DNA of 64,000 nucleotides, from the NCBI GenBank assembly GCA_030536995.1, contig JAUNOY010000001.1:35274-99273 (forward strand), in the 5' to 3' direction. Positions 54,437 to 64,000 of the stretch are shown piece by piece (position 1 is the first letter of the stretch; the number at the start of each line of letters is the position of its first letter). Origin of the DNA: Eubacteriales bacterium. Lineage in GTDB: Bacteria; Bacillota; Clostridia; Lachnospirales; Lachnospiraceae. A program made the translations under genes and the position numbers. The notes beneath the pieces were generated by a model. That model made no database searches. It was not told the DNA's origin and was given only the letters and a program-made list of their open reading frames with translations.

Positions 54437-54961
54437 TTAAAACACCAGAACTGCAAGTAAAATACCAAAAAGAATCCCCAGGCTTGTACACACCTTTTTT
54501 CTCTCCGGCAACTGACTCTTAAGTGTTCTGATGGATTCCTCCACTTCTCTCTCGTAAAGTTCAAGCTGCCTCATCTGCATCTCAAAATCCAGATAGCCAA
54601 GGTGGTCGCCCAGGGAAAATAACTGTTCCTGTTCTTCCTTTCGAAGCCTAAGCTCCTTTAAATATAGTTCTGCATTTTTGCGAAAAATCATACCAAAGTT
54701 CTGACCTCTGCGTTCCTCTGTCTCCTGTGCGGTCTTTCGCAGAAACGTCCCATAGACACCGGGAAGCTTCGCCGCCGCTCCTGCCATTGCATCAGAAAGA
54801 GACGCATTTCTGCAGCGAATCTCCCCCTTCAGCAAAATCACCATGCGAAGAAGCATTTCCTTTGCTTTCAGTCCCGCGCTTAATTCCCGGCTTTTTGCAA
54901 AGCCAAGTCCGGCGCCGGACACAACAATCAGAATCAGGCCATAAATTCTAAGCATATGCAC
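54437..54961 (-). CDS. spoIIIAB: Stage III sporulation protein AB
   Basis: 174 aa with an N-terminal TM helix and a GspF-like helical domain. Operon position matches spoIIIAB. Confidence 0.85.
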   Translation of the reverse strand: MHMLRIYGLILIVVSGAGLGFAKSRELSAGLKAKEMLLRMVILLKGEIRCRNASLSDAMAGAAAKLPGVYGTFLRKTAQETEERRGQNFGMIFRKNAELYLKELRLRKEEQEQLFSLGDHLGYLDFEMQMRQLELYEREVEESIRTLKSQLPERKKVCTSLGILFGILLAVLVF

Positions 54962-55889
54962 TCATTTTCATACAGGGATTTCCGTTTCTGTCAAAAATTC
55001 CTTCCACATAACCTGCCCTGTCTCTTTTTCCAAGGATGATGTAACGCTCAAATACCCGTTCTGTCATCAGTTTATGAAAGAACGGCTGGTTCAGCACATC
55101 GTCAAGAGAATAGCCGTGTACAGTTGCAATCAGCTTGCAGCCGCAGTGAATGACGGATTCCACTGCATGGAAATCCTCCTCACAGCCAAGCTCGTCCACA
55201 GCCACCACATCAGGAGACATAGAACGAACAAGCATCTGCATCCCTTCCGCCTTCGGACATCCGTCCAGAATATCCGTGCGCATCCCCAAATCGTTCTGCG
55301 GTATTCCCTGATAGCATCCGGCAAGCTCACTTCTTTCATCCACTACTCCCACAGTAAGCCCCGGCTGTTCCTCCGTGCCGTTGCTTAACTGGCGGATAAT
55401 ATCGCGAAGCAGCGTTGTCTTTCCGCAGCGGGGAGGGGAAATAATAAGAGTATTCACTGCGTCTTTCCCTCTTCTGAGATACGGCATCACCTCGTCTGCA
55501 GCGCCCTTAATCTCATGGGCAAGGCGTACATTGATGCAGGAAATATATTTCATTCCTTTCACCTGACCGCCGTCCAGAATCACCTTTCCTGTGACTCCCA
55601 CACGATGTCCACCCTGTACGCTCAAAAAACCCTGACGCACTTCATCCTCATAAGCATAAAGAGAATAGCCGCTGACGTACTCCAGAGTTTCCTGTAAATC
55701 CTCCCTTGTGACAAGATACTGCTCTTCTCCCGGCTTACGCAGAAAACATTCTCCGCCATCGTAAGTCAGAAACAGAGGTCTTCCCACACGGAGACGTATT
55801 TCATATAATTTATCATAATCAAGATTTGCATCCATAAGTCTCTGCCGGATATTTCCGGCAAAAAGATTCTCAATCTGCTGACCTTCTAT
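54948..55889 (-). CDS. spoIIIAA: Stage III sporulation protein AA (secretion-type ATPase); 5' end uncertain
   Basis: Contains the Walker A ISPPRCGKTTLLRD and EIRLRVGRP. The first ATG is at 55835, but the reading frame stays open and looks conserved (IEGQQIENLFAGNIRQRL) up to a TGA at 55896-55898. AGAGAGGTGA lies 6 nt before ATA 55889. Confidence 0.85.
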   Translation of the reverse strand: MEGQQIENLFAGNIRQRLMDANLDYDKLYEIRLRVGRPLFLTYDGGECFLRKPGEEQYLVTREDLQETLEYVSGYSLYAYEDEVRQGFLSVQGGHRVGVTGKVILDGGQVKGMKYISCINVRLAHEIKGAADEVMPYLRRGKDAVNTLIISPPRCGKTTLLRDIIRQLSNGTEEQPGLTVGVVDERSELAGCYQGIPQNDLGMRTDILDGCPKAEGMQMLVRSMSPDVVAVDELGCEEDFHAVESVIHCGCKLIATVHGYSLDDVLNQPFFHKLMTERVFERYIILGKRDRAGYVEGIFDRNGNPCMKMSAYA

Positions 55890-55954
55890 ATCGTCTCACC
55901 TCTCTACTTGTAATATATGTGGACAATCTTTTTTTATGCGTAGCTGTTTCCATC

Positions 55955-56503
55955 CTAAAGGATCACTTTTACATGCTCCCATCTCAATTCCATAGGATTC
56001 ATTGCCCACACTGCGCCGCTGTACCCGTCTTCCATGTCAAGAAGTGTCCAACAGCCCTCATTCATGGGGATTGTCCGCATATCTCTGGACAGACCTTCTC
56101 CCGTCCATTTTATATAAGCTTCCCGCAGCACCCACTGGGTAAAAAAAGCTTTTACCGGTTCGTCCCCGTCGAGGATTTCCCGAATCATTTCTGCAGGAAC
56201 CATCCGCTCCAGCATTCTGTTATAATTCGCCTTTCTGTGAACCTGAACGTCGATTCCGACCTCCTGATCTGCAAGAATACAGAAAACATATTTACCGGAA
56301 TGGCTGATATTATAATGAATTTCCGGACGCAGGGACAGAAATGGCTTGCCATGCTCCCCTTCCGCTCTGGGTTCAAATTCCAGTTCATACCCATATTCTC
56401 TTTTAAGCCCTGTTTCCAAAAGCTTCTCACCGATCATATGCTCCAGATGCTTATTTTTATAATCCTCTTCTATTTCCGTAAAATAAATGACACCTTTATT
56501 CAT
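55955..56503 (-). CDS. Sfp-type 4'-phosphopantetheinyl transferase
   Basis: 182 aa with GKPFL, NISHSG, VGIDVQ and W..REAYIKWTGEGL motifs. The start overlaps the helicase stop (ATGA). Confidence 0.85.
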   Translation of the reverse strand: MNKGVIYFTEIEEDYKNKHLEHMIGEKLLETGLKREYGYELEFEPRAEGEHGKPFLSLRPEIHYNISHSGKYVFCILADQEVGIDVQVHRKANYNRMLERMVPAEMIREILDGDEPVKAFFTQWVLREAYIKWTGEGLSRDMRTIPMNEGCWTLLDMEDGYSGAVWAMNPMELRWEHVKVIL

Positions 56504-58326
56504 AAGCCTGCCTCCTCAAGAAATCTTGAAGGTTCCATTTCTCTGTCGTACTGGCGTTTCACGCTGCACAACACAAGCCTTTTTTTCGCTCTTGTCATGC
56601 CGACATAAAACAGCCTGCGCTCTTCCTCCAACGCCTCTGCAAGAACTGCTTTTTTGTAGGGGATATTCCCCTCGTTTACATTCAGGATATATACAACGTT
56701 AAATTCCAGCCCTTTCACAGCATGGAGCGTTGATACTGTCACTCCCTGCCCCCGGCCTTTTTGCTTCTTCGCCTGTTCAGAAAGTTTCTTTGTGTAATCC
56801 TCCATATAGGCTTCCCAGTCTTCCAGACTCTTCATCCCTTTTGCGCTCTCCTGAATACGGTCAAGTGTTTCCAGCAGTTCTTCCGGTTTTATTTTACGAT
56901 ATTGTGCGTATTCACGCAAGTATTCTTCGTAACCCATTCCCTTTCTGATGAAATTTATCTGGGCAAAAGGCGCCATTGTCCCCAAAATACGAAGATGAGT
57001 TTCCATTGTGGTGATTCTGTCGCACATCCAGTCCTTATCTTTGTAAAATTCCTTCAGCGCCCGAAAACTTACGACTGCATCCGGAAGAGCCTCCCGTGCT
57101 ATATAGCGATTGGGGCGGTTCATAATCTCTAAAAAGTTCTTTCTGCTCCTGTCCCCCGCTGCCATATGGAGATATGCAAGAATGTTTCTGCATATCCAGT
57201 GCTGAAAAAGATTTGGCAGCTGCTCCTTCATAATAAAAGGAACCTGATATTCCATCAGCGCACTGATCAAACCCTCTGCCTCCTGATTCGTCCTGAGAAG
57301 AATGGCGGTATCATCCGGCAGTTCTCCCCTGTCCATTCGTTTTCTTATTTCAGATACAACAGAAATATACTCTTGTCCCGGATTTTCGAATTCGTTATAT
57401 CTGATCGGTTCTCCCTTCTCATTGGGTGTAGACAGCTGTTTCCTAAAACGCTTCTTATTGAAGTCAATAACCTCCATCGCGGTTTTGAGGATTTCCTTTG
57501 AGCAGCGGTAATTTACATCAAGAAGCACTGTTTCCGCTTTTGGGTAATCCTTTGTAAAATTCAGCATAATCTCCGGTCTTGCCCCGCGGAAATGATAAAT
57601 GGACTGGTCGTCGTCCCCGACAATAAAAAGATTATCCTCCGGTGCAGCTAGCATACGGATAATCTCATACTGAAGTCTGTTAATATCCTGAAACTCATCT
57701 ACAAGAATATAGGCAAACCGTTTCTGCCAGATTCGAAGAATGTCCTTCCTCTGTCTGAACAGCTCATAGCAGCACAGAATCATATCGTCAAAATCCAGCT
57801 TCCGTCTCGCCTTTAATGTTTTTCGATAGCCTTTAAAAATATCACGAAAAATCTCGTCCGAACAGCAGGATGCATAATAGTGTTCCAGGGAAATGCCTCC
57901 CCCCTTCACAACACTGATCTCTCTTGCTACTTCTTCCAGAAAATCTCCTTCCTGCTCCATCTCCTGTCCGTAAAGTGCTGTCATTTCCCGGAGAATCTCA
58001 AACTTTTCTTCCTCTGAGAGTATATTCGCAGCCCCGAGTCCATAGGCAGCTTTCAAAATTCCGTAAAATATTCCGTGAAAGGTTCCAAAAGTCACTTCGC
58101 TCTTTTCTTTTCCCACAAACTTCAAAAAGCGCTCCCGCATCTCCAGAGCCGCAGCTCTTGAAAATGTTACAACAAGAACAGAAGACGCAGGTATTTTTCC
58201 CTGTCCTGTCATATATGCAGTTCTCTCTACAATTACGGAAGTCTTCCCCGAACCGGGACCTGCCAGCACCATCATTGGTCCTGACAGGTGAGCGATCGCT
58301 CTTATTTGAGATGAATTTCTTTTCAT
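56500..58326 (-). CDS. UvrD/PcrA-family ATP-dependent DNA helicase (short form)
   Basis: 608 aa with AGPGSGKTS Walker A, ILVDEFQD, TLHAVKGLEF and YVGMTRAK motifs. Confidence 0.88.
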   Translation of the reverse strand: MKRNSSQIRAIAHLSGPMMVLAGPGSGKTSVIVERTAYMTGQGKIPASSVLVVTFSRAAALEMRERFLKFVGKEKSEVTFGTFHGIFYGILKAAYGLGAANILSEEEKFEILREMTALYGQEMEQEGDFLEEVAREISVVKGGGISLEHYYASCCSDEIFRDIFKGYRKTLKARRKLDFDDMILCCYELFRQRKDILRIWQKRFAYILVDEFQDINRLQYEIIRMLAAPEDNLFIVGDDDQSIYHFRGARPEIMLNFTKDYPKAETVLLDVNYRCSKEILKTAMEVIDFNKKRFRKQLSTPNEKGEPIRYNEFENPGQEYISVVSEIRKRMDRGELPDDTAILLRTNQEAEGLISALMEYQVPFIMKEQLPNLFQHWICRNILAYLHMAAGDRSRKNFLEIMNRPNRYIAREALPDAVVSFRALKEFYKDKDWMCDRITTMETHLRILGTMAPFAQINFIRKGMGYEEYLREYAQYRKIKPEELLETLDRIQESAKGMKSLEDWEAYMEDYTKKLSEQAKKQKGRGQGVTVSTLHAVKGLEFNVVYILNVNEGNIPYKKAVLAEALEEERRLFYVGMTRAKKRLVLCSVKRQYDREMEPSRFLEEAGL

Positions 58327-58334
58327 ATGATTTT

Positions 58335-59783
58335 TCAGCTTAATTTTTCGATTGCTGCCTTTACACGTTTAATTGTTTCATCTTTGCCGATAATCTCCAT
58401 AATCTCTGTTGCCCCGGCAGGTGTCATCTGTTTGCCGGAAACAGCAGTACGAAGCGGCCACATTACAAAACCATTCTTATATTCGTGTTCTTTTACAAAA
58501 GCGCTTAAGGTTTCGAATAACGGATCGTTTCTGTAATCTTCCTGCGCTTCCAGAACAGGCAGTACCTCTTTTAAAACTGCAAGAGATGTCTCTTCATTTG
58601 TTTTCATTTTTTTGTGACAGTACATGGAATTGTCATATTCCGGTACTTCTTCAAAGAAATCTATAAGAGCCGGAATATCAGGGAAGGTTTCGATTCTTGT
58701 CTGAACCATTCCTGCAATTTTTTTGAAATCGTAATCTTTTTTCAGCACTTCCTTCATGTATGGAAGGGCTTTTTCAAAAAATACGTCCGGATCCATTGCT
58801 TTAATATATTCGCCGTTCATCCAACGAAGCTTCGCGATGTCAAAAACAGCCGGAGATTTATTGATATGATGATAATCAAAGGCTTCTACCAGTTCCTCAA
58901 GAGTGAAAATCTCTCTGTTGTCAGACGGGCTCCAGCCAAGAAGCGCCACATAATTAATGATCGCCTCGGAAACAAATCCCTGCTCCAGTAAATCTTCGAA
59001 AGAGGAGTGACCGGAACGCTTGGAAAGCTTCTGATGTGTCTCGTCTGTGATGAGAGGACAGTGTATATATACCGGAACTTCCCATCCGAAAGCTTCGTAA
59101 ATACGATTGTATTTCGGAGAAGAAGAAAGGTATTCGTTTCCTCTTACCACATGTGTGATCTGCATTAAATGGTCGTCAATTACATTTGCAAAGTTATAAG
59201 TCGGATATCCGTCGGATTTAATCAGAATCAGATCTTCCATTTCCTCATTATTTACTGTAATGTCACCGTAAATCACATCGTGGAAGGTTGTTGTGCCTTC
59301 TGTAGGCATATTGAAACGGATGACATAGGACTCGCCTGCTGCAAGGCGTCTCTCTACCTCTTCTTTCGGAAGATGAAGACAACGCTTGTCATAAATGGAA
59401 ATCTCTTTTCCTGCTACCACGCGCTTCATACTCTCCAGCTCTTCACCCTTGCAGAAACAATAGTATGCGTCTCCCTGTTCGATGAGCTGTTTCGCATATT
59501 TCAGATAAATACCGGATGCCTGACGCTCACTCTGAACGTAAGGTCCGAAGCCCTTGTCTTTATCCGGTCCTTCATCGTGAAGAAGACCTGTCTTTTCCAT
59601 GGTGCGGTTGATGATGTCTACCGCTCCTTCCACGTAACGCTGCTGGTCTGTATCTTCGATACGGAGGATAAAATCTCCTCCCTCATGCTTGGTAATCAGA
59701 TATGCATATAAAGCAGTTCTTAAATTACCTACATGCATTCTTCCTGTTGGGCTTGGTGCAAATCTTGTTCTCAGTTTACTCAT
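58335..59783 (-). CDS. gltX: Glutamate--tRNA ligase
   Basis: 482 aa with [14 protein letters not shown] (HIGH region) and KLSKRS (KMSKS). Confidence 0.96.
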   Translation of the reverse strand: MSKLRTRFAPSPTGRMHVGNLRTALYAYLITKHEGGDFILRIEDTDQQRYVEGAVDIINRTMEKTGLLHDEGPDKDKGFGPYVQSERQASGIYLKYAKQLIEQGDAYYCFCKGEELESMKRVVAGKEISIYDKRCLHLPKEEVERRLAAGESYVIRFNMPTEGTTTFHDVIYGDITVNNEEMEDLILIKSDGYPTYNFANVIDDHLMQITHVVRGNEYLSSSPKYNRIYEAFGWEVPVYIHCPLITDETHQKLSKRSGHSSFEDLLEQGFVSEAIINYVALLGWSPSDNREIFTLEELVEAFDYHHINKSPAVFDIAKLRWMNGEYIKAMDPDVFFEKALPYMKEVLKKDYDFKKIAGMVQTRIETFPDIPALIDFFEEVPEYDNSMYCHKKMKTNEETSLAVLKEVLPVLEAQEDYRNDPLFETLSAFVKEHEYKNGFVMWPLRTAVSGKQMTPAGATEIMEIIGKDETIKRVKAAIEKLS

Positions 59784-59933
59784 AACTTATCTCCTATACT
59801 TTATCTGCCGTCTGTTTCCTTCCAGCAGGTATTCTTCCATTTTTACTATGAAATAGCGGGTATAAATGTACCCACAGTTCAGTATTATATACCCAATTCC
59901 CCCTCTATGTCTATAGAATTTTTACATAGTTTA

Positions 59934-59955
59934 AGCCCCGCACTCAGGCGGGGCT
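59934..59955 (-). terminator. GC-rich hairpin after accDA (weak T-tail)
   Basis: AGCCCCGC pairs with GCGGGGCT around a 6 nt loop. On the minus strand it is followed by TAAACTATG, so there is only a weak U-tract. Confidence 0.45.
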
Positions 59956-59960
59956 CACAT

Positions 59961-61670
59961 TTACAGACCTCTGAATCTGTCGTATTTTCCGGCAGCGATT
60001 GCTTCGCCGCTTTTATCTTTAAACTGTTTCAGGAATTTTTTCATGCAGATTTTCATATACTCGGAAATCTCATCGAGATTTTCTTCTTCTGCCGGAGACT
60101 CCTCCGGAATAATTCGCTCTATCATGCCCATTTCTATGAGCTGCGCTGCCGTTACCTTCATCACCTCTGCTGCCTCAGGCGCCTTTCTGCTGTCTTTCCA
60201 CAAGATTGAAGCAAAGCCCTCCGGGGAAAGAATCGTATACGTGGCATTTTCCATCATCCACACCTCATTTCCCACAGCAAGCGCAAGAGCACCTCCGCTT
60301 CCGCCCTCTCCGATCACAATGGAGAGTACCGGAACTTTTAGGTCTGACATTTCCATAAGATTTCGGGCAATGGCTTCTCCCTGCCCGCGCTCCTCTGCCT
60401 CCAGTCCGCAGAATGCTCCCGGAGTATCAATAAATGTAATTACCGCTCTTCCAAACTTCTCCGCCTGTTTCATAAGGCGAAGCGCCTTGCGATACCCTTC
60501 CGGAGAAGGCATTCCGAAGTTTCTGCTGATGTTCTCTTTCGTGGTTCTTCCCTTTTGAATCCCGATCACAGTCACAGGCTGTCCGTCCAAAGACGCAATA
60601 CCGCCTACAACTGCCCCATCGTCACGAAAAGCTCTGTCCCCGTGAACTTCCATAAAATCATCAAAGATAGCAGAAATATATGCAAGCGCAGAAGGCCGGC
60701 TGCTGCTTCTTGCAATCTGCACCCTTTCCCAGGCAGAAAGCGTACCTGATTTTTTCGCTTTTTTCTTCTTTCCGAAAGTTTCAATCTCCCTTGCAGGCTT
60801 CTCCATCGGAAAATCTCCATATCCGCCATTGAAACTGTGCATTTTTAAAAGCCGGATTAATGTCTTTTTCATATCTTCCCTTGGCACAATTCCATCAATT
60901 ATACCATGTTCCAGAAGAAACTCCGGCCTTTGGAATCCTTCCGGAAGCTTCTGCCCGATAGTCTGCGCGATTACACGGGGACCTGCAAACCCTACCAGCG
61001 CCCCCGGTTCTGCAAGAATCAAGTCTCCCAGCATGGCAAAACTTGCAGTCACTCCCCCTGTTGTAGGGTCTGTCAAAACCGAAAAATAAGGCAGCCCTGC
61101 TTTTGAATGGCGTTTGATCGCTGCAGAAGTTTTAGCCATCTGCATCAGCGATACCATACCCTCCTGCATTCTGGCTCCGCCGGAACAGCAGAACAAAATC
61201 ACCGGCATTTTGCGTTTTGCCGCTTCTTCAAAAGCTCTTGTGATTTTTTCCCCCACAACATATCCCATACTTGCCATCATAAATCTTGCGTCCATCACGC
61301 CGATAACGGTCTTTATTCCGCCTATGGAAGCCTCCCCTATAAGAACGGCTTCATCGAGATGTGTTTTTTCCTTCAGCTTCCCGATTTTTTCAGGATAGCC
61401 CGGATACTCCAGCGGATTGCTGTTTTCAATTCCTGCAAACCATTCTGAAAAAGACCCCTCATCTACAAGAGAACGAATTCTCGTCTTTGCCTTAATACGG
61501 AAATATCCGCCGCATTTTGGACAAACGTAGGAATGATTGCGAACGTCCTCCTTATAAACAGTCTCTCCGCATTTCGGACATTTCACCCATAAGCCCTCAG
61601 GTACGGAAGGAACGGCTTCCGCTTCTTCTTTCGGCGCTGTCTTTTTAAAAAATTTTCTCAAGTCTGCCAT
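59961..61670 (-). CDS. accD: Acetyl-CoA carboxylase carboxyltransferase, fused beta (AccD) and alpha (AccA) subunits
   Basis: 569 aa single ORF. The N-terminal half is AccD with a zinc ribbon ([17 protein letters not shown]). The C-terminal half is AccA ([17 protein letters not shown]..., [20 protein letters not shown]). Confidence 0.9.
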   Translation of the reverse strand: MADLRKFFKKTAPKEEAEAVPSVPEGLWVKCPKCGETVYKEDVRNHSYVCPKCGGYFRIKAKTRIRSLVDEGSFSEWFAGIENSNPLEYPGYPEKIGKLKEKTHLDEAVLIGEASIGGIKTVIGVMDARFMMASMGYVVGEKITRAFEEAAKRKMPVILFCCSGGARMQEGMVSLMQMAKTSAAIKRHSKAGLPYFSVLTDPTTGGVTASFAMLGDLILAEPGALVGFAGPRVIAQTIGQKLPEGFQRPEFLLEHGIIDGIVPREDMKKTLIRLLKMHSFNGGYGDFPMEKPAREIETFGKKKKAKKSGTLSAWERVQIARSSSRPSALAYISAIFDDFMEVHGDRAFRDDGAVVGGIASLDGQPVTVIGIQKGRTTKENISRNFGMPSPEGYRKALRLMKQAEKFGRAVITFIDTPGAFCGLEAEERGQGEAIARNLMEMSDLKVPVLSIVIGEGGSGGALALAVGNEVWMMENATYTILSPEGFASILWKDSRKAPEAAEVMKVTAAQLIEMGMIERIIPEESPAEEENLDEISEYMKICMKKFLKQFKDKSGEAIAAGKYDRFRGL

Positions 61671-61725
61671 TTTCGTACTCCTATTTTTAACAATAACTCC
61701 GGATTGTTCCTGTTACTAAGATAAA

Positions 61726-63072
61726 TTATAAATCCGGATAATGTTCCGGAATAAATCCCGTTGTAATATTTCCTTCCTGAAAATCAGGGGTATTTAAAAG
61801 CTCATACTGAAAATCAATATTTGTCTTCACACCCTCGATTACTACTTCCCCCAGTGTACTGACCATCTTTCTGATTGCACTTGGACGGTCACGGTCATAC
61901 ACGATAACCTTCACAATCATGGAATCGTAGTTAGGTGGAATTGTGTATCCGTTAAAAACTGCCGTATCCATTCGCACACCATTTCCACCAGGCAGGTGAA
62001 GATTTGTAATCGTTCCCGGACAGGGCATAAAATGATTTTCCGGATCTTCTGCATTGATTCTGCACTCAATTGCATGTCCGCGAAGAACAATATCCTCCTG
62101 TGCAACACTGAGCGGCTCCCCTGCTGCCACACGAATCTGTTCTTTGATTAAATCCACACCGGACACAAACTCGGAAACAGGATGCTCTACCTGAATTCTG
62201 GTATTCATTTCCATAAAGTAAAATTCTCCTGATTTGTCCAGAAGAAACTCAATGGTTCCCGCGCTTTCGTATCCCACTGCTTTCGCTGCTCTCACTGCGG
62301 TATCTCCCATTTTTTTGCGAAGCTCCTCCGAAAGAGCTGAGCATGGGGATTCCTCTATTAATTTCTGGTGACGTCTCTGAATCGAACAGTCACGCTCTCC
62401 GAGATGTACCACATTGCCAAACTTATCCGCTACAATCTGCACCTCTACATGTCTCGGACATTCTACAAATTTTTCCAGATACATGGTATCGTCTGCGAAA
62501 GAACGAATAGATTCCTGCTGTGCGGTACAGAAAAGTTTTTCAAATTCTTCCTCATTTCCAGCTACACGCATTCCTTTTCCACCGCCTCCTGAGGATGCCT
62601 TAATCATCACCGGATACCCAATCTGCTCCGCCGCCTTTCTGGCTTCCTCCACAGTAAAAACAGGCTCCTCTGTTCCGGGAACAACAGGCACCCCAGCCTG
62701 ACGCATCGTATTTTTTGCCTCAGATTTATTTCCCATTCTTGAAATAACTTCCGCTGAAGGACCGATAAACGTAACATTACATTTCCGGCACATTTCTACA
62801 AAACGGCTGTTTTCGGAGAGAAATCCAAATCCCGGATGAATCGCCTGCGCCTTCGTGGCTACAGTAGCGCTTAATATACGTTCCATATTCAGATAGCTGT
62901 CCGAAGAGGGCGCCCTGCCGATACAGACCGCCTCATCTGCAAGCTGTGTGTGAAGAGCGTCTCTGTCTGCCTCAGAATAAACCGCAACTGTGCGGATTCC
63001 CATTTCCCGACATGCGCGAATGATACGCACCGCAATTTCTCCGCGGTTTGCAATCAAAATTTTACTAAACAT
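61726..63072 (-). CDS. accC: Biotin carboxylase
   Basis: 448 aa with KILIANRGEIAVRIIRAC, an ATP-grasp domain and the EMNTRIQVEHPV motif. Confidence 0.97.
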   Translation of the reverse strand: MFSKILIANRGEIAVRIIRACREMGIRTVAVYSEADRDALHTQLADEAVCIGRAPSSDSYLNMERILSATVATKAQAIHPGFGFLSENSRFVEMCRKCNVTFIGPSAEVISRMGNKSEAKNTMRQAGVPVVPGTEEPVFTVEEARKAAEQIGYPVMIKASSGGGGKGMRVAGNEEEFEKLFCTAQQESIRSFADDTMYLEKFVECPRHVEVQIVADKFGNVVHLGERDCSIQRRHQKLIEESPCSALSEELRKKMGDTAVRAAKAVGYESAGTIEFLLDKSGEFYFMEMNTRIQVEHPVSEFVSGVDLIKEQIRVAAGEPLSVAQEDIVLRGHAIECRINAEDPENHFMPCPGTITNLHLPGGNGVRMDTAVFNGYTIPPNYDSMIVKVIVYDRDRPSAIRKMVSTLGEVVIEGVKTNIDFQYELLNTPDFQEGNITTGFIPEHYPDL

Positions 63073-63075
63073 CTG

Positions 63076-63507
63076 TTATGCTCCTACTGCAAAGGTAAGC
63101 TCTGCCACAACGGCAACCTTACCGTCCTGATTTACCGCCTTTGCCCTGCCGACGCCAATCGGTCCTTTCTCCTTAATGATTTCAACTTCCAGAAAAAGTA
63201 CATCTCCGGGGACTACCTTTGTCTTGAATTTTGCATTGTTTATCGCACCGAAATATGCGATTTTCCCCTTATTTTCCGGTTTGCTTAAAATCGCTACAGC
63301 TCCTGTCTGCGCGAGCGCTTCCACGATCAGAACTCCCGGCATTACCGGCTCCTGCGGAAAATGCCCTCCAAAAAACGGTTCATTATACGTCACGCATTTT
63401 CGTCCCACTGCGCGTACTCCGGGTTCCAGTTCCTCAATCGTATCAATTAACAGAAACGGCTGTCTGTGGGGAATAATTTCCATAATTTCTTTTGTTGACA
63501 ACTTCAT
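63076..63507 (-). CDS. fabZ: 3-hydroxyacyl-ACP dehydratase
   Basis: 143 aa with LPHR.PFLLID and the hot-dog active site FFGGHFP..PVMPGVL. Confidence 0.95.
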   Translation of the reverse strand: MKLSTKEIMEIIPHRQPFLLIDTIEELEPGVRAVGRKCVTYNEPFFGGHFPQEPVMPGVLIVEALAQTGAVAILSKPENKGKIAYFGAINNAKFKTKVVPGDVLFLEVEIIKEKGPIGVGRAKAVNQDGKVAVVAELTFAVGA

Positions 63508-63525
63508 AACCGTATTCCTCCTTTA

Positions 63526-63969
63526 CTACCCGATCACGAACATCGGCTGTCCGAATTCCACCATCTGCTCGTTTTTTACAAGAATCTCTTTCACTGTCCC
63601 GTCATATTCTGATTCAATCTCATTCATTAATTTCATCGCTTCCACGATTCCGAGAACCTGTCCTTTTTTTACAGTATCTCCTTCTTTGACGAAAGGCTCG
63701 CTTTCCGGAGATGCAGACTGATAAAAGGTTCCAACCAGCGGTGATTTCACTATGTTTCCTGTTTTCTCTTCTGCTTTTTCTTCTTCCTGAACCGCAGCCG
63801 GCTGTACTGCCGAAAGCTGAGGCTGCACCAGAGGAGCTGTCACTGTAATCTGCTTTGTCTCTTTGTTTGTTTCCATGGAGATTTTTGTCTCTCCGTCCTG
63901 AATCTCGAACTCTGTCAGATTAGAATCACTGACTGCCTTTATAAGATCTATAATCTGCCCAAATTCCAT
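63526..63969 (-). CDS. accB: Biotin carboxyl carrier protein
   Basis: 147 aa with a P/A/E-rich linker and the C-terminal biotinyl domain carrying the EAMKLMNEIE biotin-lysine motif. Confidence 0.95.
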   Translation of the reverse strand: MEFGQIIDLIKAVSDSNLTEFEIQDGETKISMETNKETKQITVTAPLVQPQLSAVQPAAVQEEEKAEEKTGNIVKSPLVGTFYQSASPESEPFVKEGDTVKKGQVLGIVEAMKLMNEIESEYDGTVKEILVKNEQMVEFGQPMFVIG

Positions 63970-64000
63970 TTTTCGTCTCCTAATTACAGGTATTTCCTGT

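Noticed and set aside
59784-59933. The 150 nt leader upstream of gltX considered as a T-box or other riboswitch.
   Set aside because: I could not find a specifier loop with a T-box motif (AGGGUGGNACCGCG-like) or a terminator/antiterminator pair. It is probably just a promoter and UTR. An Rfam scan would settle it.

Overview
This is a 64 kb chromosomal window from a spore-forming Firmicute. The taxon call (Clostridia, Lachnospiraceae-like) is an inference from protein content and gene order. No tRNA, rRNA, CRISPR array, transposase or integrase was seen. Nearly all genes lie on the minus strand.

Backbone, left to right:
- a dlt-like envelope-acylation cluster (MBOAT, DltD/SGNH-like protein, DltA-like adenylase, partial PLP decarboxylase)
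- gap-pgk-tpiA
- an amylosucrase-like GH13 enzyme with a repetitive N-terminus
- a cation:proton antiporter and a P-type ATPase
- Rrf2-nifS-nifU-mnmA
- spoVB-like flippase, DAHP synthase, xerD, spoIIM, rny, recX-recA
- two CotF-like genes, glgA, spo0A
- an accessory block (about 28288-38922)
- spoIVB, recN, argR, nadK, tlyA, dxs, ispA, xseB, xseA, nusB, asp23, prfC
- spoIIIAH back to spoIIIAA
- an Sfp-type PPTase, a UvrD-like helicase, gltX
- fused accD-accA, accC, fabZ, accB

From spo0A to spoIIIAA the order mirrors the Bacillus subtilis 168 spo0A-spoIVB-recN-ahrC...spoIIIA region. The main exception is the roughly 10.6 kb accessory block wedged between spo0A and spoIVB, and the most interesting material is inside it:
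- a LysR regulator with a group II aromatic-amino-acid decarboxylase (tryptophan/tyrosine decarboxylase-like)
- a four-gene 2-oxoacid:ferredoxin oxidoreductase operon carrying five separate lesions
- an orphan Cys-rich protein
- an HTH-antitoxin plus RhuM-Doc toxin pair
- a nonsense-interrupted fragment resembling the tail of a mobile-element polyvalent protein
- an uncharacterised operon: P-loop kinase, micro-ORF, MazG-like pyrophosphatase, two-TM peptide

All functional calls rest on motif and family recognition by eye. No database search was run.
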